The notes below the pieces were generated by a model. It saw only the letters and a program-made list of their open reading frames with translations, did not search any database and was not told the DNA's origin. 64,000 nt of DNA from Vampirovibrionales bacterium (lineage in GTDB: Bacteria; Cyanobacteriota; Vampirovibrionia; Vampirovibrionales; Vampirovibrionaceae): NCBI GenBank assembly GCA_016712355.1, contig JADJRF010000005.1:2255819-2319818 (forward strand), in the 5' to 3' direction. Of the stretch, positions 27,871 through 37,670 are shown piece by piece. Both the position numbers and the translations under genes were made by a program. Numbering within the stretch: the stretch's first letter is position 1; every line of letters starts with the position of its first letter.

Positions 27871-28809
27871 CTAGCGCTCAGCAACTGCGCGCTCGCGCAA
27901 CGCGCGCCCCGGCGCCGCCGCATCAGCCGCCACGCCCAAATCGTCCGCCGTCACAGAAATTACCGTCATGCCCGCGCGATCGGCAAAAGCCGCCATCTCC
28001 TGGGGGTCGAGATACAGAGTCGCATCCGCCTCGGTGACCAGCGCGCGCAAGCCGGCGTCGCGCATCATTTTGAGCGTACGCACGCCGACGGTTGGCACGT
28101 CAAAACGCTGATCTTGAGAGGGTTTTGCGACTTTAACGGCAACGCCGCCCTTGCGACCGCCCCATTTTCCGGCGCGGCGCAGGCATTCGTCAGTCCCTTC
28201 AATGGCTTCTACGGCCAGCGTCATCCCCTGGCTGACCACGACCGTCTGTCCGATATCCAGTCGCCCCATCTCCTTGGCCAGATGAAAGCCATAGGCGGCA
28301 TCGCGCACTTCTTCATCGAACAGCGAGCGCTGACTCAGGCGGCAGGCGGGCAGAATCAGGTCCTTCAAAAAAGCCGTTTGCGGCAGCACTTGAAGCCCCT
28401 CGGCCTCGATAATATCAATCAGGCCCAGCATCATGCGATCGTCGTTCCGCAGGGCAAGACGACGCAAGGCGTTCAGCGCAACTGCGTCGAGGCGCGGATT
28501 GCGAAACAACAGCCATTTGCTGACCTTGCCCGCAAACACGATATGCGACACCCCGCGCTGTTTAAACAGCGCCAGATTCTGCCCCAGCAGGCCGGGAGAA
28601 ATCGCATCCAGGCTGCTCACGCCCAGCGCGCGCAAGGCGGCGGCGTTATCGCGATCCATGGTAAAGGCGGCGACGTCCCAGCCATACGCCATGGCATTTT
28701 GAGCCACGCGCGCCGGCAACTCGCCGCTACCGGCGAGAAGACCCAATCGGCCTACGGAAGGTTGGCATACGTCCGTCATACGTTCTATTAAATCACAGAC
28801 CCGCGCCAT
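27871..28809 (-). CDS. lpxI: UDP-2,3-diacylglucosamine hydrolase LpxI (DUF1009 family)
   Basis: 312 aa lying 23 bp upstream of lpxB on the same strand, which is the canonical lpxI-lpxB order. The N-terminal LGLLAGSGELPARVAQ resembles the LpxI G-x-G-x-LP motif. Confidence 0.7.
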   Translation of the reverse strand: MARVCDLIERMTDVCQPSVGRLGLLAGSGELPARVAQNAMAYGWDVAAFTMDRDNAAALRALGVSSLDAISPGLLGQNLALFKQRGVSHIVFAGKVSKWLLFRNPRLDAVALNALRRLALRNDDRMMLGLIDIIEAEGLQVLPQTAFLKDLILPACRLSQRSLFDEEVRDAAYGFHLAKEMGRLDIGQTVVVSQGMTLAVEAIEGTDECLRRAGKWGGRKGGVAVKVAKPSQDQRFDVPTVGVRTLKMMRDAGLRALVTEADATLYLDPQEMAAFADRAGMTVISVTADDLGVAADAAAPGRALRERAVAER

Positions 28810-29218
28810 GCGCAGGGCTCGCCCATTCAGCCGGGTTTAAATCCCTTGATGGATGAAAAGCGCCGCGCCAGACCCCATAATAAAACTGGCGCGGCCTCTG
28901 CGGATCGCCGCCGTGAGTTTTCAGCGCGAGTGGGACGTCTGGACCGTGACGCAAACCAATTTAAACCTGAACGAAGCGTGCCTACTGGAATTTCTCCAAA
29001 AGGGTCTTCCGCCCGCTTCCACCCCGCGCGAATCGTCGCCAATGGCGAGTTTTCCGGGCGAACGTTCGTTAGTGCGCGGGCAAAAGCCTAACGGCCACAG
29101 CATACTGCCATCGCCGCAGACGCGCCCGCTGTAATCAGCGGCGAGCAACGGACAGAGGTCTTATTTTCAGGAAGCCCTCTGCTCAGGGGGGCGACTACGG
29201 CTGACGCGCCAGATCCCG

Positions 29219-30265
29219 TCAGATTCGGGGCGTTCGCACGCGCGCGCATTGCACGCGATAGCTCGCTTTGGCGACCGGAACGCCATCGATCATGTATTCT
29301 GCCGTCAGAATCCCTTCCAAGCGGGCGTCTTCGACGTAGCACAGAGCGATGGTCTCAACACGCTTCCACAGCGGATTGGCTTCATATTCGTACTGGGTGG
29401 TAATCACCGCCGTATTGCCGAAGGTCAGCTCCGGCGCTTCGCTGAGGCGAAACACCCGGTTGCGCGAAGGCTCCACGTTGATGCCGAAATTATCGTAGTC
29501 CACCTGCATCAACGACGCCTGCTCCTCCCAATCGCCGCAGAAGCGTTTGGGGTCAAAACGACGGGTGGCGGCTTCGAGTTGCTGTTTGAGTTCTTCCACG
29601 CGGGTATTGAGAATGGCCTCGGTTTCTTGCGTCTGCGTCCGCGCGACGGCCAGATCCTGCTGCACGCGTTCAAGATCGCGCTGCATCAGGTGCGCGTTCT
29701 TTTCGGACTCGATTAACTGGGCGTGCAGGCGCGATTTCTCATCGAGCAGTTTAAAATGGCGGTTCTCGTCGAGCTGCTCTTTCAGACTGCCGATCATGCC
29801 GCTGAGCTCTTTCACCTTCCGGTGAAACATGCTGTTGGCATTGTACAGGTGCGAGTTGAGCTTCTCGGTTTCAACGAGCTTGCCTTGCAGCGAGTCTTTT
29901 TCGGCCATCAGGCGATCGAGCATCTGCACGACTTGCGTGGAGCGCTCCGACGACATGGCCTGTGCGCCACGCGCCGAGCGGGCGGGCATTTGGGCATAAG
30001 GTCGCGTGACGCGACTAATCGGCGCGGGACGGGATGCGTTTTCTGGCGGCAGGGAGACAATTTCGCGAATCTCCTGCAACGTGCGCCCCAAGGCCAGATT
30101 CTTGCGGATATTCTTGAACAGATTGATATGATGCGGGCTATACTGGCGACGCCCGAACTCATCGGTGGGAATATTCAGGCCCAGCTCGCCTTCCCACTGA
30201 CGCAAGGTATCTTCATCAATATCAAACTTCTGTAAACTCTCTAATACGGTGTCAACGGTAAACAC
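29219..30265 (-). CDS. MerR-family HTH protein with a long central coiled-coil and a C-terminal globular domain of unknown function
   Basis: The N-terminal 70 aa (TVLESLQKFDIDEDTLRQWEGELGLNIPTDEFGRRQYSPHHINLFKNIRKNLALGRTLQEIREIV) is a MerR-type HTH. Residues around 110-230 are heptad-rich (EKDSLQGKLVETEKL...QQLEAATRRF). The C-terminal roughly 110 aa matches no domain I recognise. Confidence 0.5.
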   Translation of the reverse strand: MFTVDTVLESLQKFDIDEDTLRQWEGELGLNIPTDEFGRRQYSPHHINLFKNIRKNLALGRTLQEIREIVSLPPENASRPAPISRVTRPYAQMPARSARGAQAMSSERSTQVVQMLDRLMAEKDSLQGKLVETEKLNSHLYNANSMFHRKVKELSGMIGSLKEQLDENRHFKLLDEKSRLHAQLIESEKNAHLMQRDLERVQQDLAVARTQTQETEAILNTRVEELKQQLEAATRRFDPKRFCGDWEEQASLMQVDYDNFGINVEPSRNRVFRLSEAPELTFGNTAVITTQYEYEANPLWKRVETIALCYVEDARLEGILTAEYMIDGVPVAKASYRVQCARVRTPRI

Positions 30266-30775
30266 GCGTAATCCCCTTTGTCAAAATGCCGTAACGGTTT
30301 CTTTCCCCACTAGTGTACACGGAAATTCCGTTTTGGGGGGAAGCGCGTCTGAGGTTACCCTCGCATCGGGCCCGCGTCGAGCGGCTTGACAAAAATAAAG
30401 AAATGTAACACAATACGCAATAAGATTCGGGGTATGGAACAGGGTATTGAGTCAGGGCGTAGCGCCCGGCGCTTTTTCAGTTAAGCGGCGTTTTGCTGCC
30501 CTCGCTGGGGCTGGCTTTAGACGTCTTTGGCCTGTAAACGCGTTAGACGCGCGGGATTTTCGCGCGGCCATGGTTTTATCCCCCTCACTCCCAACCTGAA
30601 AATTCGACCGGCCTCCCAGCCTTTCGGGCGAGGAGGCCTTTCTATTGGGGGCCGCAAAGTCGACGCGCGCGACGACGCGCTTGGATTATAATAGGGAAAC
30701 CCCGGCCCGCGACGGATGCAAGTGCGAGACGGCGGGCCGTTAGTCTGTGTCTTCGGCGGAAAGGGCGTCACTTTT

Positions 30776-32140
30776 ATGGAATTTGTCATCAAGGTGCTGA
30801 TGGCGCTGTTTTTCGGCGTCAAGCGCCACTGGGGAATCCTCCTGGCCATTCTGGCCGGATTTGCGCTGGGCGTCGCGTTTTATGACGCAGGCTGGAGCCA
30901 TGATCCGCGTGGACAAGCCTTTTACAAGTGCTTTGAGTTCATCGGCCAGGGGTTTATCCGACTGATCTCCATGATCGTCATCCCACTGGTGGTCAGCTCG
31001 CTGATCGTCGGGATTTCTTCTCTCAAGGACGCCCGCCAGCTTGGACGCCTGGGCGTCAAAGTCGTGCTGATTTTCCTGTCCTTTATGGGGATTTCATCTG
31101 CGCTGGGCGCAACGCTCGCCATGCTGATTCAACCGGGACGCTTGCTGCATCAGGACTTAGGCCTTATTACGCAGAATCTGCACGGCGTCATGTCCACGGC
31201 GCCGATTGATCTGACGCATCTCGGCGCCCAGTCTCACAGCCTGAAAAACCTGTTTCTGCAAATGATCCCGCTCAATCCCGTGCAGGCGCTGGGCAGCGAT
31301 AACCTGATTGCCGCGCTGGTCTTCACCCTGTTGATGGGCTTTGCGCTCGCCTTCATCGGTCAGGCCGGCCGTCCCATGATCGCCCTGTTTGAATCCCTCT
31401 TTACCGCCATGATGAAGCTGACCGACTGGGTGATGATGCTGGCCGTGCCGGGGGTTTTCGCCCTGACGTTCGTCACCGTCGCGTCCACCGGCACCACGGT
31501 CTTTATCAAGCTGCTGCCCTTTGTCGGGATGGTCATTGCAGGCTTTTTACTGTTGCTGGTCGTTGTATTCCCGTTATTTCTGCAGCTTTTCGCCCGCATC
31601 GATCCGCTGAATCTGTATCGCGCCGTATCGGAAGCCATGCTGGTCGCCTTCGGGACCGCCAGCAGCTCGGCGACCCTGCCCATTACCATCGCCAACAGCG
31701 AGCTGCGCGCGGGTATCTCCAATCGCATCGCCAGTTTTGTCCTGCCTACGGGCGCCTCGCTCAATAAAACTGCCACGACAATGTTCGAAGTAATGGCGGT
31801 GATGTTTCTGATGCAGGTCTACGGCATGCCGCTGACGCCGATGACTGCCGGCGTGATTATGGTGATGGCCGTCATCGCCTCGATTGCCGCAGCCGGGGTT
31901 CCCAGCGCGGGCCTGATTACCATGAGCATCATTCTCAACAGTCTGGGCCAGGGCTTTACCGTCGAAATGTTCGCCGGGGGCGTCGCCTTGTTGTGGTCGA
32001 TTGATCGCGTACTGGATATGTGCCGAACGGTGATTAACGTCGTGGGCAGCGTGGTGGTTGCGGCGATCGTGGCGGCCAACGAGGGCGAGCTCAAACGCGA
32101 CGTGCTGAATCACCCTGAGACGTGGCGCGATACCGTCTAA
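30776..32140 (+). CDS. dicarboxylate/amino acid:cation symporter (DAACS family, GltP/DctA-like)
   Basis: Start trimmed to the ATG at 30776 (MEFVIKVLMALFF...). There are about 8 TM plus re-entrant loops, and conserved DAACS-like segments (IPLVVSSLIVGISSL, SSATLPITIA, VDRVLDMCRTVINVVGS). Confidence 0.85.
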   Translation: MEFVIKVLMALFFGVKRHWGILLAILAGFALGVAFYDAGWSHDPRGQAFYKCFEFIGQGFIRLISMIVIPLVVSSLIVGISSLKDARQLGRLGVKVVLIFLSFMGISSALGATLAMLIQPGRLLHQDLGLITQNLHGVMSTAPIDLTHLGAQSHSLKNLFLQMIPLNPVQALGSDNLIAALVFTLLMGFALAFIGQAGRPMIALFESLFTAMMKLTDWVMMLAVPGVFALTFVTVASTGTTVFIKLLPFVGMVIAGFLLLLVVVFPLFLQLFARIDPLNLYRAVSEAMLVAFGTASSSATLPITIANSELRAGISNRIASFVLPTGASLNKTATTMFEVMAVMFLMQVYGMPLTPMTAGVIMVMAVIASIAAAGVPSAGLITMSIILNSLGQGFTVEMFAGGVALLWSIDRVLDMCRTVINVVGSVVVAAIVAANEGELKRDVLNHPETWRDTV

Positions 32141-32156
32141 TCGCAGGAGTTTTGCC

Positions 32157-33146
32157 GTGAGTATCTCACTTTTCGCCCGTTACCGCAGTCGCGGGAGCTG
32201 GATCCTCGTCTTGCTGGCGTGCGTCAGCAGTCTCGCGGCAACACGGCCAGACGCTGCGCTCGCCAAGCGCCGCCCTCAAGCAGAGCCGCCCGCGCCCACG
32301 ACAGAGAGGCCCAAAGCGCCAGAGGCTTCTACCACACCAGCCTCCGACTCGCCGGAATCGCAGGCGCTGGAGCCTTATAACCGCGGCGTGGAGCTATTTC
32401 AAGTCGCGCAGATCCAGGCAGAAAAAGGCAATCCGCAAGGGCAGAAGGCATTGTTGAAAGAGGCCGCCGACGCGTTTCGAAAAGCGGCGGCGCTGGATCC
32501 CAAACAGGTGAACGCGCAAAGCAATCTGGGCTTCGTTTATCTGACGCTCAACGATTATAAGCCCGCGATTCGCGCGTTTGTGGATGCGCTCGCCGTAAAT
32601 CCCAATCATCTCAACTCGCTCAACGGGCTGGCGACAGCGTATGCGCTCGCCGACCGGCTGCCGCAATCGTTACAGACGTTTGACCGTCTGACAACGCTTG
32701 ATCCGACCAATCCGCAGTATTTTTTCAATCGCGGCAGCGTGCTGCAAAAAGCGGCGCGCGCAGAAGAAGCTCAGGCCGCCTATTTACAGGCGTTAAAGCT
32801 CGATCCCAAGGACCAGCGCGCGTTGTTTAATCTGGCCACGCTGCTGGAGAATCAGGGCGATTATGACGGCGCGGTCGGCTATTATCAGAAGGCCAAGGCG
32901 GTTGATATCAGTAATCCCGTCGGGTTGGAGGCAGTTCATCGCATCCAGGCCATCGACTCGCTGAAAAAACAGATCCAGAGCGAGCAAAACGCGGCATCAG
33001 CGGCGAAATCGCGCGAGCAGGACCGCGAGCGCGATGAGAATCGTCAGAAAGACCGTAAAAAAGAGAAGCGCTCGCACGCCTCTGACAGCGCGGACGCCCA
33101 AAACGCGCTCTCGGCGCCGACGCCCCAAGCCGCTCTGGCGGAATAA
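32157..33146 (+). CDS. exported TPR-repeat protein with a charged C-terminal tail
   Basis: Has a signal peptide (WILVLLACVSSLAA). Several 34-aa TPR-like units follow (A..Y..A...DP....A..NLG..Y). The C-terminus is K/R/E/D-rich. Confidence 0.6.
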   Translation: MSISLFARYRSRGSWILVLLACVSSLAATRPDAALAKRRPQAEPPAPTTERPKAPEASTTPASDSPESQALEPYNRGVELFQVAQIQAEKGNPQGQKALLKEAADAFRKAAALDPKQVNAQSNLGFVYLTLNDYKPAIRAFVDALAVNPNHLNSLNGLATAYALADRLPQSLQTFDRLTTLDPTNPQYFFNRGSVLQKAARAEEAQAAYLQALKLDPKDQRALFNLATLLENQGDYDGAVGYYQKAKAVDISNPVGLEAVHRIQAIDSLKKQIQSEQNAASAAKSREQDRERDENRQKDRKKEKRSHASDSADAQNALSAPTPQAALAE

Positions 33147-33152
33147 CAGGCC

Positions 33153-34346
33153 ATGTTATACGGAAATCTCAAGAAAACCCTGCGTCTGAACCGCACCATT
33201 GGCGGCGCGTTCCTGTTTTACGCCGTTTTTCCGGCGCTGATGCCGACCTGGACCGCCCCACCGCCATTCTGGGCGACGCTGGCGCTGGGCGTCTCGGCGC
33301 TGGCCTTTATTGCCGCCAACGAACTGGCGCGCGCCATGCTCAAGCAGTTCGGCGAGACGGAATCGCAGCCGTTTGAGAAGGTCAGCGTCTTTCTGCCGAT
33401 TATTCTCCTGTCGTTTATCAGTTGGGGCTACCTGCTAACGGGCCAGACGTGGACGTTACCGTTTTTGATTCTCCCGGCGTTGCAGGCGCAATTCTTCGGT
33501 CATACGCGCATGGCGCGCACGCTGGCGCTGGCCGCGCTGGGGCTGGCCCTGCTCGGCGTGACGCTGGGCTATCCGCATGAAGGCGTGATGACCGCCAACC
33601 CGCTGCACGCGACGCTGGCGCGCGTGGCGATGGCAATTCCGCTGACGCTGGCGCTGTTTCATTATGGATCGTTTGTATCCACGCTGGTGCGCAGTACGTC
33701 TTCACAGGTGACGCATCTGCAATCGCTGGCGACCACGGACGGACTCACCGGCCTGATTAACCGACGCCAGTTTAATCACCGCCTGCACGCCGAAATGGCG
33801 CGCGCGCGGCGTCATCACGCGTATCTGACGCTGGCGCTGTTTGATATCGATAATTTCAAGCGCCTGAACGATTTTTACGGCCACCCGGTGGGCGATCGCA
33901 TTCTCAAAGAGCTGGGAGCCCTGCTACTGGAGAATGTTCGCGAATCGGACGTTGCAGCGCGCTACGGCGGGGAGGAATTCGCGCTGATTCTCCCAGAAAC
34001 CAGGCAGGGAGAAGCCTATGAACTGCTGGAGCGTCTGCGCGCCACAGTAGAGCGCCATGTGTTCTGCCTGCCGGACAATCCCCTGACGCTGACGCTCAGC
34101 GTGGGCTTCGCCGAGCTGGATTTACTGAATCACACCGCTTTTGAGCTGGTGGAAGTCGCTGACGCGGCCTTGTATGAAGCCAAGCATCAGGGCAAGAATC
34201 GCGTGATTTATGGCGCGCCCAGCGCCGTTCATACCAGCTCGCGCGGGCGAAAATCCGGCGCGCCGCCGCGCCTTCAGTCGTCGGGATCGCGCCGCGCGCG
34301 CGATCGGGCAACGATGACGCAAGACCCAGACGACGTCCTCGAATAG
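33153..34346 (+). CDS. membrane-anchored diguanylate cyclase (GGDEF domain)
   Basis: The N-terminal region has about 5 TM. The GGDEF domain has an intact GGEEF active site (RYGGEEFALILPE) and an I-site-like RxxD. Confidence 0.85.
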   Translation: MLYGNLKKTLRLNRTIGGAFLFYAVFPALMPTWTAPPPFWATLALGVSALAFIAANELARAMLKQFGETESQPFEKVSVFLPIILLSFISWGYLLTGQTWTLPFLILPALQAQFFGHTRMARTLALAALGLALLGVTLGYPHEGVMTANPLHATLARVAMAIPLTLALFHYGSFVSTLVRSTSSQVTHLQSLATTDGLTGLINRRQFNHRLHAEMARARRHHAYLTLALFDIDNFKRLNDFYGHPVGDRILKELGALLLENVRESDVAARYGGEEFALILPETRQGEAYELLERLRATVERHVFCLPDNPLTLTLSVGFAELDLLNHTAFELVEVADAALYEAKHQGKNRVIYGAPSAVHTSSRGRKSGAPPRLQSSGSRRARDRATMTQDPDDVLE

Positions 34347-34351
34347 CGCTC

Positions 34352-36277
34352 ATGACCGAGCCGGACGCGTCGTCCTGTTTTGATATCGCCGCCGCATTGG
34401 CGCGCCTGCCGCAGTCGCCCGGCGTGTACCGTATGCTGGACGCCGACGGACGCCTGCTCTACGTCGGCAAAGCCAAGCGCCTGAGATCCCGCGTGCGGCA
34501 GTATTTCCAGAAAAACCCCGACGCATCGCCCAAGACGCGCGCGTTGTGCGAGCGCATTCATCGCTTTGAGGCCATCGTGACCGCCAGCGAAGTCGAGGCG
34601 CTGGTGCTGGAAGACAGCCTGATCAAGGCGCACCGGCCGCCGTTTAATATCCTGCTGCGCGATGACAAGCGCTACCCGTGGCTTTGCATCACTGACGAGC
34701 CCTTTCCGCGCCTGATTGTCACCCGGCGCGCCAAAAAATCCGGGAAAGAGCGCTATTTCGGGCCGTATAGTAATCCCGGCGCGCTCTACGAAGCGCTGCG
34801 CGTCCTGCGCAAGCATTTTCCGATGCGCCAGCGCCGCAAGCCGCTGTTTAAAGAGCGCCCCTGTATGAATTATTTTATTGGCGCCTGCCCCGGCCCTTGT
34901 CAGTCGCTGGTAACGCCGGACGCTTACGCCCAGACAGTCGCCCAGGCGGCCTTATTTTTAAAAGGCCGGAATCAGGAACTGCTCCGCGAGATTGAAGCGC
35001 AGATGCAGGCCGCCAGCGACGCCCTGAATTTCGAGCGGGCCGCCCGTCTGCGCGATCGCGCGCAAGCCGTTAAGGCCGTCATGGGCTATCAACAATCGGT
35101 CGCCTTCGACGATCCTGCGCTCAGCATTGACGCAATCGGCGCCGACAGTGACGAGCGACGCTGCTGGGCCGTCGTGATGCGCATTCGCGAAGGCCGGATG
35201 ATTGGCAGTCAAACCTTTGAGCTTCCGCTCCCCTTCGGAGCCAGCCGCGAAGAGGCGCTGAGCGCTTTCATCCGTCAGCGCTACGCCGCCGTGGAAGACG
35301 ACGATCTGCCCGAAGAGCTGCTCTTGCCTGCGATGCCGCGCGAATGGGAAGACGGCGAAGAGGCGCTGAGCCAGTGGCTGAGCGATCGACGCCGGGCCGC
35401 AGGCCTGAGTCGCGCCCGCACGCGCCTGCTGCATCCGCAAAAAGGGCCCAAACGCGACCTGTTGGCGTTGGCCGAGCGCAACGCGCAAGAGGCCTTGCAA
35501 CAAGCCGCGCTCCTTGACGCGGGCCGCCTGCGAGCCGACCCGGCCCGAGCGCTGAGCGCGCTGCAACACGCGCTGCACCTGCCCCGCTACCCGCAGCGTA
35601 TGGAGTGCTATGACATTTCGCACGTTCAGGGCGCTTACACCGTTGCCTCGATGGTCGTTTTCACCGACGGCGTGAGCGATCGGGCCGAGTATCGACGTTT
35701 TAAGATTCGCCTGGCGGAAGGCAAGCCGGACGATTTCAAATCGATGGCGGAAGTCATCCGTCGCCGCTTTGCGCGGGCGGCATCGCCTGATCCGGGGCAA
35801 AGCGCCTGGCGCGCGCCGGATCTCGTGGTGATTGACGGCGGCAAGGGCCAGCTCCACGCGGCTCAGGAAGCCCTCATCGCCCACGGTTTCGGCGATCAGC
35901 CGATCATCTCGCTGGCCAAACGGCTGGAAGAGGTTTTTACGCCGGGCGAATCGCAATCTGTCAGGCTCTCTCACGATGATCCGGCCTTACACCTGCTGCA
36001 ACAGATTCGTGACGAGGCGCACCGCTTCGCCATCACCTATCACCGCTTGCTGCGCCAGAAAGGCGCGAAGATTTCTCTTCTGGAAACCGTCCCCGGCCTG
36101 GGTCCCAGACGCCGCGAGCGACTGATAGCCCGCTATGGCGCACTAGCCCGCATGCGCGAAGCCTCTGCCGCCGATTTGGCGCGAGAAGGCGGCATGCCTC
36201 TCAGCGTCGCCGAAGCGCTTCTCGATGCCTTGCGCGCCCCGCAAAAGCCGCCCCCCAAGGCCGAAAAGATGGGATAA
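34352..36277 (+). CDS. uvrC: excinuclease ABC subunit C
   Basis: 641 aa. The GIY-YIG N-terminus is GVYRMLDADGRLLYVGKAKRLRSRVRQYF. A UvrBC-interaction region and a C-terminal RNaseH-like/HhH region are present. Confidence 0.95.
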   Translation: MTEPDASSCFDIAAALARLPQSPGVYRMLDADGRLLYVGKAKRLRSRVRQYFQKNPDASPKTRALCERIHRFEAIVTASEVEALVLEDSLIKAHRPPFNILLRDDKRYPWLCITDEPFPRLIVTRRAKKSGKERYFGPYSNPGALYEALRVLRKHFPMRQRRKPLFKERPCMNYFIGACPGPCQSLVTPDAYAQTVAQAALFLKGRNQELLREIEAQMQAASDALNFERAARLRDRAQAVKAVMGYQQSVAFDDPALSIDAIGADSDERRCWAVVMRIREGRMIGSQTFELPLPFGASREEALSAFIRQRYAAVEDDDLPEELLLPAMPREWEDGEEALSQWLSDRRRAAGLSRARTRLLHPQKGPKRDLLALAERNAQEALQQAALLDAGRLRADPARALSALQHALHLPRYPQRMECYDISHVQGAYTVASMVVFTDGVSDRAEYRRFKIRLAEGKPDDFKSMAEVIRRRFARAASPDPGQSAWRAPDLVVIDGGKGQLHAAQEALIAHGFGDQPIISLAKRLEEVFTPGESQSVRLSHDDPALHLLQQIRDEAHRFAITYHRLLRQKGAKISLLETVPGLGPRRRERLIARYGALARMREASAADLAREGGMPLSVAEALLDALRAPQKPPPKAEKMG

Positions 36278-36286
36278 AATGACGGG

Positions 36287-37441
36287 ATGAGCGCGCGTCT
36301 GGGTTACTACGAATTTTTTTGCGGCGGCGGCATGGCGCGCGCCGCGCTGAACGGCTCGCCTTGGCGCTGCCTGTTCGCCAACGACATCGATCCGCGCAAA
36401 ACCCGCGCCTATGCCGATAACTGGGGCGACGACAGCTTGCGGACCGCTGACGTTGGGACGCTGCGCCCGCGCGACCTGCCGGGGCGCGCGGCCTTGGTCT
36501 GGGCCTCGTTCCCGTGTCAGGATTTATCGCTGGCAGGCCCGGGCGCCGGGTTAGCAGGCGCGCGATCGGGCGTCTTCTGGCCGTTCTGGTCGCTGATAGA
36601 AGGCCTTGTCGCCGAAAAGCGGGCGCCCCGCGTCATTGCGCTGGAAAACGTCCTGGGCGCCCTCAGCGCACACGGCGGACAGGATTTCACCGCGATTTGC
36701 GCCGCGCTCTGCGGGGCGGGCTATACGATCGGCGCGCTGGCCGTCGACGCTGCGCTGTTCTTGCCGCAATCGCGCCCCCGACTGTTTATTATCGGCGTTC
36801 GCCACGATACGCCTTTTTCGGCGGCGCTGACCGACGAGCATCCTCATTGCCTGTGGGCGCCGCCGGGGCTTCGCGCCGCTTATGATCGGCTGCCTTCGCC
36901 GCTGCGCTCGCGTTGGCGCTGGTGGCGTCTACCCGCCCCCAGCCCACGGTCCTTGCGCCTGAGCGACCTACTAGAGGACAACCCCCCGGACGTTCGCTGG
37001 CAGTCGCCGGAAGAAACCGCGCAGTTACTGGCGATGATGAGCGATTGTCAGCTCAAAAAGATTGAAGACGCCCGCCTTTGCGGCGCGCCGACGTTCGGAA
37101 CCCTTTACAAACGAACGCGTTGCGACGCCTCAGGCCGAAAAATCCAGCGCGCAGAAGTCCGTTTTGACGGCATCGCCGGTTGTCTGCGCACGCCTGCGGG
37201 CGGCTCCAGCCGTCAGCGAATTCTCAGCGTGACGGGCGATTGCGTGCGCTCGCGCCTGCTTTCCAGCCGCGAAGCCGCCCGCCTGATGGGTTTACCGGAC
37301 GTCTACCGTCTGCCGCCTCGCTATAACGAGGCGTATCACCTGCTGGGCGACGGCGTGGCTGTTCCCGTGGTCGATCATCTGGCGAGACATCTGCTCCAGC
37401 CGCTTCTACAGGGGCATCATGTCGCCTCAGACGCCGCTTAA
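36287..37441 (+). CDS. DNA (cytosine-5)-methyltransferase, Dcm-like
   Basis: Motif I is FFCGGG, motif IV is FPCQDLSLAG (PCQ), motif VI is ENV, and motif VIII is QSRPRLFIIG. C-terminal motifs IX/X are present. The start lies 10 bp after the uvrC stop. Confidence 0.8.
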   Translation: MSARLGYYEFFCGGGMARAALNGSPWRCLFANDIDPRKTRAYADNWGDDSLRTADVGTLRPRDLPGRAALVWASFPCQDLSLAGPGAGLAGARSGVFWPFWSLIEGLVAEKRAPRVIALENVLGALSAHGGQDFTAICAALCGAGYTIGALAVDAALFLPQSRPRLFIIGVRHDTPFSAALTDEHPHCLWAPPGLRAAYDRLPSPLRSRWRWWRLPAPSPRSLRLSDLLEDNPPDVRWQSPEETAQLLAMMSDCQLKKIEDARLCGAPTFGTLYKRTRCDASGRKIQRAEVRFDGIAGCLRTPAGGSSRQRILSVTGDCVRSRLLSSREAARLMGLPDVYRLPPRYNEAYHLLGDGVAVPVVDHLARHLLQPLLQGHHVASDAA

Positions 37442-37595
37442 TCTGGCCCCAAAAGGATTTTCGTTTTTTAATCAGGCTTTCGTCCTTGAGAATAGGCGCT
37501 TGCGCAGGCATTGCCTATCGCCTTTACGCCGACCCACGGCAAGCGCGCGTCAGACAGAAAATTCGAAAGCAGGACAAGAATTTTTCAAAAAAGGC

Positions 37596-37624
37596 TAGAC
37601 ACGCAGCGCGAAATCAGCTATATT
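37596..37624 (+). promoter_or_regulatory. candidate sigma70-type promoter (TAGACA - 17 nt - TATATT)
   Basis: -35 TAGACA at 37596-37601, a 17-nt spacer, and -10 TATATT at 37619-37624, about 45 nt upstream of the 37671 ORF. Confidence 0.35.
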
Positions 37625-37670
37625 TTTTATATACTTATACAGGGGTCACACGAAGAGGTCTTTTTCGACG

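Noticed and set aside
34958-35974. 338-aa minus-strand ORF inside uvrC
   Set aside because: It is antisense to uvrC, which has unmistakable GIY-YIG and UvrC motifs.
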